From the NCBI GenBank assembly GCA_964580405.1, contig CAZOKM010000002.1, positions 1 through 41,582 on the forward strand: a DNA stretch of 41,582 nt, written 5' to 3'. A model generated the notes under the pieces. It saw only the letters and a list, made by a program, of their open reading frames with translations, did no database searches and was not told the origin of the DNA. The stretch comes from an uncultured Candidatus Bathyarchaeia archaeon (GTDB lineage: Archaea; Thermoproteota; Bathyarchaeia; Bathyarchaeales; DTEX01). The position numbers were made by a program, and so were the translations under genes. Positions within the stretch are counted from its first letter, which is position 1. Each line of letters opens with the position of its first letter. Below are positions 28,237-33,925 of this stretch, in pieces.

Positions 28237-28255
28237 ACGCAACATCAGGATTTAG

Positions 28256-29233
28256 GTGAATATGTTTATGAGTAAACCTTGCGTGTACATACATAGAATA
28301 GGACAACTGTACAATGAGTACATGACTAGAACAAACGAAGAGTCTCTCAATAGCTTTGCCGAAGTCATAAGCGATGGACCGATGGTGGACAAGCCTTCCT
28401 CAGAGCATCTTGCAAAGGCTTTGAAGGGGGCGCATGCGATTATTTCTTTGAACGGTGTGGGAGCAGAGGACCTGACTGAGAGTTTGGTCCGCGATGCAGG
28501 CACAATAAAAGTCGCAGTTATAGCCCATTATTGGCTTGGGAGTCATAGTAGGGCATCTGCTGGCTGGCGTAACGCTGGAGTTACTGTTATAGACGCATCT
28601 GATGGCAACAACCGAGCTGTTGCAGAATGGACTTTGGGTGCAGCAATTACTGGAATGTATAGATTTGCAGAATTCGATAGAGCCATGAAGTCAGGCGTTT
28701 ATTGGCCAGACAAGTCGGTGACTGACATGCTAGAAGGCAAAGTCTTGGGGATTGTAGGATTGGGAAGAGTCGGAAGAATTGTGGCGAGGTATTTTCGGGT
28801 CTTTGATATGAAGATCATAGGTTACGACGCTTATGTTCCAGACAATGATTTGCGGCTTATGGGAGTTGAGCCTGTTAGTTTGATGGACCTTTTGAGTCAG
28901 TCTGATATCATAACCTTTCACCTGCCATTAACCAATGAAACAGTAGGAATGATCGGCAGAAAAGAACTCCAAGCAATCAAAGATGGCTCGTTGGTGATAA
29001 ATTCAGCCCGAGCTGCCATCATGGACAGCGAAGCATTCCGGGAGGAGCTCAAGAAGAAAAGGTTTAGGGCAGTCCTGGACGTTTTTGACCCTGAGCCACC
29101 GCCACTGGATGACGAAATCCGCAAGCTTGACAATGTCGTCATGACCCCGCACATCGCTGGAGACTCCAAACAGATGCGGGCAGACTGTGGCAAGATAGCC
29201 ATCCAAGCCTTAAAACAATACTTCTCTACATGA
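28256..29233 (+). CDS. D-isomer-specific 2-hydroxyacid dehydrogenase family protein (second paralog)
   Basis: 325-aa ORF with GTG at 28256 and ATG at 28262 and 28268. GIVGLGRVGRIVA, VINSARA and MTPHIAG are present. Confidence 0.85.
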   Translation: MNMFMSKPCVYIHRIGQLYNEYMTRTNEESLNSFAEVISDGPMVDKPSSEHLAKALKGAHAIISLNGVGAEDLTESLVRDAGTIKVAVIAHYWLGSHSRASAGWRNAGVTVIDASDGNNRAVAEWTLGAAITGMYRFAEFDRAMKSGVYWPDKSVTDMLEGKVLGIVGLGRVGRIVARYFRVFDMKIIGYDAYVPDNDLRLMGVEPVSLMDLLSQSDIITFHLPLTNETVGMIGRKELQAIKDGSLVINSARAAIMDSEAFREELKKKRFRAVLDVFDPEPPPLDDEIRKLDNVVMTPHIAGDSKQMRADCGKIAIQALKQYFST

Positions 29234-29258
29234 CAAAAAAAATTGGCATGTAGTATTA

Positions 29259-29264
29259 TTTTTT
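29259..29264 (+). terminator. Oligo-T tract downstream of the dehydrogenase gene
   Basis: TTTTTT occurs 26 nt after the stop codon. Archaeal termination commonly uses oligo-T tracts. Confidence 0.3.
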
Positions 29265-29417
29265 ATTGAAAACAGTAAAATCACCTGTACTTCCTCGTGG
29301 ACGCAGGCTTCGAGTACGTGTGCGATTTTGACGGAGCAAAAATCCTCAGGAAGCGCAAATACTGACGAAAACCACGTTGACAGCCTCTGGACAAACCCCT
29401 TATACTTTGTATATAAA

Positions 29418-29539
29418 TGGTGCGGGGGGTGGGACTCGAACCCACGGAGGCCTACGCCAGAGGATCTTAAGTCCTCCCCCTTGTCCACCGGGGGCGCGTG
29501 TCTGTTCCCTGATTTTAGACCTGGCTCGGGTACCCCCGC
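29418..29539 (-). tRNA. tRNA-Leu (anticodon UAA), class II, with a ~34-nt intron in the D-loop and an encoded CCA
   Basis: The minus strand reads GCGGGGG-TA-CCC-GAGCCAGGTCTA...[extra ~34 nt]...A-GGG-G-GAGGA-CTTAAGA-TCCTC-(long variable arm TGGCGTAGGCCTCC)-GTGGG-TTCGAGT-CCCAC-CCCCCGC-A-CCA. The acceptor, anticodon and T arms pair perfectly, and the anticodon loop is uninterrupted. At 122 nt it is ~34 nt longer than a class II tRNA, and all of the excess lies between the two D-stem halves (about 29482-29515). Confidence 0.8.
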
Positions 29540-29681
29540 CAAGCACCTTTTCTTCGGCGGCGTTGGACTTAAGTTTTTGCCTCCTACGTTCGGCGCATCT
29601 TCGCCGTTGGCTGTGACCACTCATCGGGATTCATTGTCTAGGTAAATCCTTTATTTCAGTAGCGCATAACATTCTGGTGAG

Positions 29682-30650
29682 ATGAATTCCATGGAAAAAA
29701 CAGCAGTTATAGGGTTCGTGGTTCTCGCAGCAGTGGCTGGTGTGGCAAGCTTCGCGTTCCTCACCACGTATATGAGCCTGAGCACGTTAAGGATTCAGTA
29801 TGGCACGCTCAGCGACGAGTATGATGAGCTTTCAAGCGATTATGACGACCTTTCGGACGACTACGACGCGCTCCAAGCCGCCCACAGCAGCCTTCAGACA
29901 GACTACAACGCACTGCAGATGCAGTACAACGACCTCGACATAAACTACGACGACCTGACGAACGCGTACAACAGCTACGTGTCTGCATACCAGAGCATCG
30001 TATCGGACGTGAACCTTTACAGCTTCCACCCCTCCGAAGCTGAAAAAAGCCTCATAACCTGGGACGACCCGGACGTGGCGGACGTTGTTTGGGACATCAC
30101 CCACGGCTGGTCGGACACTCTGGACTGGGACGAGTACTGGGCCGACGTCAAAGCAATGTACGACTGGGTCGTCAACAACATTGAGTATTCTTACGACCAG
30201 TATTATCCAATATTGCCCGACGACCCAAGAGACGGCGTGACCTTCTTCGACGAAGTGTGGCAGACTCCCGCGCAGACCCTGGAGCTCGGAGAGGGCGACT
30301 GCGAAGACATGGCCATCCTCCTGTGCTCTATGGTCCTGAACTACAACGACAACGATTACTGGGTCGAAGTCATCGCCATCACAGGGCACGCAGCGGTTTA
30401 CCTTCCCGTCGTAAACGACCAAATCTGCATACTCGACCCAACGGGGCAATACTACACGAACAACGGGGCACCGTTCTTCGCGATTACCCAGAAGGACACG
30501 ACGACCGAAGTGAACGCGTGGCTTCACCAGTGGGACGTCTGGGTGCCTGAGGACGCGCCTCACCAGATAGACTGGATCTTCTCGAACGACATCTGGCAAG
30601 AATTCAGCAGCAACATCGAGTTCATAAACTGGCTCAACGAGCGGGAATAA
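29682..30650 (+). CDS. Membrane-anchored transglutaminase-like (cysteine protease fold) protein with an acidic Tyr/Leu heptad coiled coil
   Basis: 322-aa ORF. It has an N-terminal TM helix (AVIGFVVLAAVAGVASFAFL), eight heptads, and then a transglutaminase core with Cys (GEGDCEDMAILLCSM), His (TGHAAVY) and Asp (ILDPTG). Confidence 0.75.
   Translation: MNSMEKTAVIGFVVLAAVAGVASFAFLTTYMSLSTLRIQYGTLSDEYDELSSDYDDLSDDYDALQAAHSSLQTDYNALQMQYNDLDINYDDLTNAYNSYVSAYQSIVSDVNLYSFHPSEAEKSLITWDDPDVADVVWDITHGWSDTLDWDEYWADVKAMYDWVVNNIEYSYDQYYPILPDDPRDGVTFFDEVWQTPAQTLELGEGDCEDMAILLCSMVLNYNDNDYWVEVIAITGHAAVYLPVVNDQICILDPTGQYYTNNGAPFFAITQKDTTTEVNAWLHQWDVWVPEDAPHQIDWIFSNDIWQEFSSNIEFINWLNERE
29811..29978 (+). repeat. 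Eight in-frame 21-nt periods encoding xxxYxxL heptads
   Basis: The heptads are SDEYDEL SSDYDDL SDDYDAL QAAHSSL QTDYNAL QMQYNDL DINYDDL TNAYNSY. Position 4 is Tyr in 7 of the 8 (His in QAAHSSL). Position 7 is Leu in 7 of the 8 (Tyr in the last). Confidence 0.7.
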
Positions 30651-30673
30651 GCACTCACCGCCGCAGTCTCCCC

Positions 30674-30679
30674 TTTTTT
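30674..30679 (+). terminator. Oligo-T tract downstream of the transglutaminase-like gene
   Basis: CCCCTTTTTTCTGTTT begins about 20 nt after the stop at 30650. Confidence 0.3.
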
Positions 30680-30740
30680 CTGTTTCGGGATGAACGCGGT
30701 TCTCCATCGAAAACGCGGTGGACTGCGTGAGCGTAAAGCC

Positions 30741-30747
30741 TTTATAT
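30741..30747 (+). promoter_or_regulatory. TATA-like box (TTTATAT) upstream of the aminotransferase gene
   Basis: It lies 41 nt upstream of the GTG at 30788 and 50 nt upstream of the ATG at 30797. Confidence 0.3.
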
Positions 30748-30787
30748 GATGACGCATATGCTAACTGGGTCGAAATTTTAGACCTCG

Positions 30788-31984
30788 GTGTCAGAAATGC
30801 CCCAGAAAACTTACGGCGAACTCCGTCCTCCTGAAAGGCTGCTTCTGGGCGCGGGACCCAGCAACGTTGACCCGCGCGTCTTGAAGGCCTTTGCCGCGCC
30901 TATTGTTGAGCACCTCGACCCCTACTTCATGGAGATCATGGACGAAACCGTCGAGCTCCTCAGGTACGCCTTCAAGACCAGAAATCACATCACGATGCCC
31001 ATCTCTGGGACGGGCAGCGCGGGCATGGAGGCGGCCATCTGCAACCTTGTGGAGAGGGGAGACTCAGCCGTCGTCTGCGTGAACGGGTTCTTCGGCGGAC
31101 GAATGAAGGAGATGGTCAAAAGGTGTGGCGGAACCCCCATAGTTGTGGAAGCCGAGTGGGGCAAACCCGTAACCAAGGAAGCCGTCGCCGACGCTTTGTC
31201 GGAATCCGACGCAAACGTGGTCACGATTGTGCACGCTGAAACCTCCACGGGCGTCCTACAGCCCCTGAAAGACATACTCAAGGTCACGCACGAACACGAT
31301 GCCTTGTTAATCGCTGACGTTGTGACTTCGTTGGGGGGATGCGAGCTGAACGTGGACGAGCTCGGCGTGGACGTGTGCTACAGCGCCTCCCAGAAGTGCC
31401 TGAGCTGCGCCCCAGGGCTAGCCCCCATAACGGCAAGCGAAAAGGCCATGGAGCGCATAAGGAACCGCAAGACGCCGGTGCAGAGCTGGTACCTCGACCT
31501 CTCAACCATCGAGGAGTACTGGCTCGAGCACAACCGCGTGTACCACCACACCGCCCCGATTCTACTGATCTACGCCCTCAGAGAAGCGCTGAGGCTGCTT
31601 TACGAGGAGGGGCTCGAAAACAGGTGGCAGAGGCACGCGCTTAACGCCGCAGCCCTGAGAAGCGGTCTCGAAGCCATGGGACTCGAACTGCACGTCAAGG
31701 AGGCCAAGTATAGGTGCCCCACATTGACATCCGTCAAGGTCCCAAGTGGCGTCCAAGACAAGAACGTCAGAGGCACGCTGCGGGAACAGTTCAGCATCAC
31801 TGTGGGCGGAGGACTCGGAGACCTAGCGGGAAAAGTCTGGCGCATCGGGCTCATGGGTATGAACGCCAACGAAAGAAGCGTCATCCTAGTCCTAGAAGCG
31901 CTCGAACGCGCCCTGAAGAAGGAAGGATACCCAGTCAACATGGGCTCAAGCATCGCAGCAGCAATAGAAACCTACACAACATAG
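30788..31984 (+). CDS. Class V PLP-dependent aminotransferase (alanine-glyoxylate/serine-pyruvate aminotransferase family)
   Basis: 398-aa ORF with GTG at 30788 and ATG at 30797. LLLGAGPSNVDPRV, SGTGSAGMEAA, VHAETSTGV and the PLP-lysine context YSASQKCLSCAPGLAP are present. Confidence 0.85.
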   Translation: MSEMPQKTYGELRPPERLLLGAGPSNVDPRVLKAFAAPIVEHLDPYFMEIMDETVELLRYAFKTRNHITMPISGTGSAGMEAAICNLVERGDSAVVCVNGFFGGRMKEMVKRCGGTPIVVEAEWGKPVTKEAVADALSESDANVVTIVHAETSTGVLQPLKDILKVTHEHDALLIADVVTSLGGCELNVDELGVDVCYSASQKCLSCAPGLAPITASEKAMERIRNRKTPVQSWYLDLSTIEEYWLEHNRVYHHTAPILLIYALREALRLLYEEGLENRWQRHALNAAALRSGLEAMGLELHVKEAKYRCPTLTSVKVPSGVQDKNVRGTLREQFSITVGGGLGDLAGKVWRIGLMGMNANERSVILVLEALERALKKEGYPVNMGSSIAAAIETYTT

Positions 31985-32045
31985 AACCCTAAAACTCACA
32001 ATCCAAAAAACATTCTGCCTTTTTTAAAATAATATTTTTTCATGA

Positions 32046-32123
32046 TGGTGGGCCGGGCCAGACTTGAACTGGCGACCTCCTGCGTGTCAGGCAGGCGTCC
32101 TAACCAGGCTAGACGACCGGCCC
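32046..32123 (-). tRNA. tRNA-Val (anticodon GAC), encoded CCA
   Basis: The minus strand reads GGGCCGG-TC-GTCT-AGCCTGGTTA-GGAC-G-CCTGC-CTGACAC-GCAGG-AGGTC-GCCAG-TTCAAGT-CTGGC-CCGGCCC-A-CCA. All four stems pair and the cloverleaf is canonical at 78 nt. Confidence 0.9.
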
Positions 32124-32241
32124 CTGTTTTGTGAATTTTTGGAGTCTTAGCCTGTTCACGTAGTTTTAGCAGTTCCTCATATAAAATCTTTGGGAAACTG
32201 AATGGGTATGGGAATTGCTGGTGGCTTGTTTGCTTTTTCTG

Positions 32242-32793
32242 CTAGATTAGTCTGCGGGTCCAGCTGTTTTTTGGGTACAGGTCGTACAGCGGGGTCGCCG
32301 TTGAGTAGAACTGCTTTTCCCTCGTTCCCATGGCTATCTCCACGAATTCGGGGATGACCCTGTACACCATTGCTGGCGAGGGCTTCCCGTAGGTGAGCTC
32401 GGGGCAGAACGGGTCCACGTAGACGTAGAGCCTGCGCCCCTGATAGTCGTACGCCGCTTCGGAGGCTCTGCCGTACCTTGGGCTGTCCGAAATCTTGAAC
32501 GGCCAGAGCTTGCAGGCGAGGGGTTTCATGTTCTGCAGTCCGCAGAAGCACACGTTGGTCGTGGCCGTGAGGAAGACGCATGAGCCGTCAGCCCGTTTGC
32601 CGAGGTAGAACTTGTCCAGCCCCGCGTTCGTGACTCCCGCGCCGTAGGTCTGGACGAGCTTGAGCCACTCGTTGAACTTGAGGACGACCTCGAACCGCTT
32701 GCAGCAGATTCCGCAGCCTGAGCACCGCCAAGAATTCACGTTCGTCCAAGGAACAGCCGACATCCGCACCCGACCATCAATCGCCCGCATCAA
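32242..32793 (-). CDS. YkgJ-family cysteine-cluster protein (CxxCxxCC, putative Zn/Fe-binding)
   Basis: 183-aa ORF. The N-terminal WRCSGCGICCKRFEV matches the CxxCxxCC signature, and further Cys residues (CVFL, CFCGLQ, CKLWPF, DPFCPEL) are typical of the family. Confidence 0.75.
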   Translation of the reverse strand: MMRAIDGRVRMSAVPWTNVNSWRCSGCGICCKRFEVVLKFNEWLKLVQTYGAGVTNAGLDKFYLGKRADGSCVFLTATTNVCFCGLQNMKPLACKLWPFKISDSPRYGRASEAAYDYQGRRLYVYVDPFCPELTYGKPSPAMVYRVIPEFVEIAMGTREKQFYSTATPLYDLYPKNSWTRRLI

Positions 32794-32892
32794 TTAGAAT
32801 AAAGGTCTCGAAACAACACCTAATAAACCTTAACCAGAATCCACAAAGCGTCGCCCAAGGTTGATAGTAGAAAAATATTCCTAATTTTAAGC

Positions 32893-33245
32893 ATTGTCAC
32901 GCAAACAGAAAATTCCAATGTCACACAAAACAGACAGACCCAAGATAGCGCAATTGTTAGACAAAATTGCGGAATGTTTGTTGAACAAAACAGGCTGGTC
33001 TATTTAGCTTAGGCGTTTGTTGTTCAAACAAAAAATTCTAATGTTGGTCAAATCAGACCAGACTCCGAGGTACGGTCAGATAATCGGACGAGATTGTACA
33101 TGGACCCCCGTCTAAGCGGAAAAAACTTCATAAATTTGCGCACCAAAACAACAGAAAACTTGCCACTCAAATCAGAACAGGTCTTCGCGTCCTGCGTATT
33201 GTCACGCAAACAGAAAATTCTGTTGTCACACAAATCAGACCAGAC
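32893..33245. repeat. Four imperfect ~48-nt units, each a doublet of a ~16-nt motif GTCAC(A/G)CAAA(A/T)CAGA, in a 525-bp non-coding gap
   Basis: Units lie at 32893-32940, 33016-33063, 33135-33183 and 33198-33245. The first and last are nearly identical (ATTGTCACGCAAACAGAAAATTC-NNNN-TGTCACACAAA-CAGAC). A related sequence lies at 28121-28178. Confidence 0.65.
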
Positions 33246-33319
33246 GGAGCCAGAATGAATGCTGAACAAATGACCAAGAACTGGCTTTCACGAAAAGCGG
33301 AAACTGTGAACTCCGCAGA

Positions 33320-33793
33320 TTACCTTTTGTAAAGGTACAGCGTGTGAGTCGGGAAGCCCAGGGTTGGGTTCTCGCAGAAGCGTTCAACCTTGGCTGCCGT
33401 CCAGCCAACTATTTCGTAGTCATGCGAAACCACCCTTGCGCCCCTCTTCAGCTCGGTTTCGAGCTTCGGCTTAACCTTGTCGTTGGCGCTCGTTGTTAAG
33501 TAGAGGTAGACGACGTCCGCCTTCCTGAGGTCGACGCCGAAAACGTCGCTGTTCATTATGGTCGCCCTTTCCTGGAGCCCGAGCTCGTGAATTCTCTGCA
33601 GAGCCTGCCTCGCCAAGTCCTGCCTCAGCTCGATGCCGACTGCCACCGCGCCGAACTCCTGTGCAGCCACGATGACGGGGCGCCCGTCGCCCGCTCCGAG
33701 GTCGAAGAAGGTTTCGCCCTTCTTCAGCTCAGCAAGCGTTAATAACCTCCGGATGACGAGGGTCGGCGAAGCGACAAACGGCGATATGTACAT
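33320..33793 (-). CDS. Small class I SAM-dependent methyltransferase, aKMT-like (archaeal protein-lysine methyltransferase)
   Basis: 157-aa ORF with SAM motif I FFDLGAGDGRPVIVAA. It is similar along its whole length, as I recall the sequence, to crenarchaeal aKMT (PFV.SP..V.RR.L, KPKLE.ELK.G.RVVSH..EI.GW, HT.YLY). Confidence 0.7.
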   Translation of the reverse strand: MYISPFVASPTLVIRRLLTLAELKKGETFFDLGAGDGRPVIVAAQEFGAVAVGIELRQDLARQALQRIHELGLQERATIMNSDVFGVDLRKADVVYLYLTTSANDKVKPKLETELKRGARVVSHDYEIVGWTAAKVERFCENPTLGFPTHTLYLYKR

Positions 33794-33925
33794 TCAGACA
33801 CTCCGTTCGGTCTATTTTGGACACACCGTTATTTCAGTCTTATGCTGATTCGATACATTCGTATAAACAGTGATGACAATAACGAAAAAGGGAGCTGGTA
33901 TTCAGCCATTACAGCGTGCGCCCTT

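Noticed and set aside
29210-29645. Four overlapping ORFs (74-136 aa) across 29210-29645
   Set aside because: They overlap the tRNA-Leu gene on both strands. Their G/P/R-rich translations come from the GC-rich tRNA stems.
29832-30707. 291-aa ORF antisense to the transglutaminase-like gene
   Set aside because: The translation is low-complexity (runs of V, R, H). It mirrors the GAC/TAC-rich sense codons of a gene that has a clear TM helix and a Cys-His-Asp core, so it is an antisense artefact.
30746-30800. ATGATGA upstream of the aminotransferase gene as the C box of a C/D-box sRNA
   Set aside because: No CTGA D box or D' box lies at the expected 45-60 nt distance, and there are no terminal pairing stems. 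The sequence overlaps the TATA-like promoter element instead.
29540-32045. The tRNA-Leu to tRNA-Val interval as an integrated element or genomic island
   Set aside because: There is no integrase and no direct repeat of a tRNA 3' end. The content (a surface transglutaminase-like protein and a housekeeping-type class V aminotransferase) does not look mobile.
32893-33245. Possible CRISPR array in the repeat-rich gap
   Set aside because: The repeats are imperfect, spacing is irregular (about 123, 119 and 63 nt from start to start), and each unit is itself a doublet of a shorter motif. There is no leader-like organisation and no cas genes in the window.
33048-33269. 73-aa minus-strand ORF inside the repeat region
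   Set aside because: It is composed largely of the repeat units read in one frame. It has no ribosome-binding or promoter context and no recognisable fold, so it is most likely non-coding.
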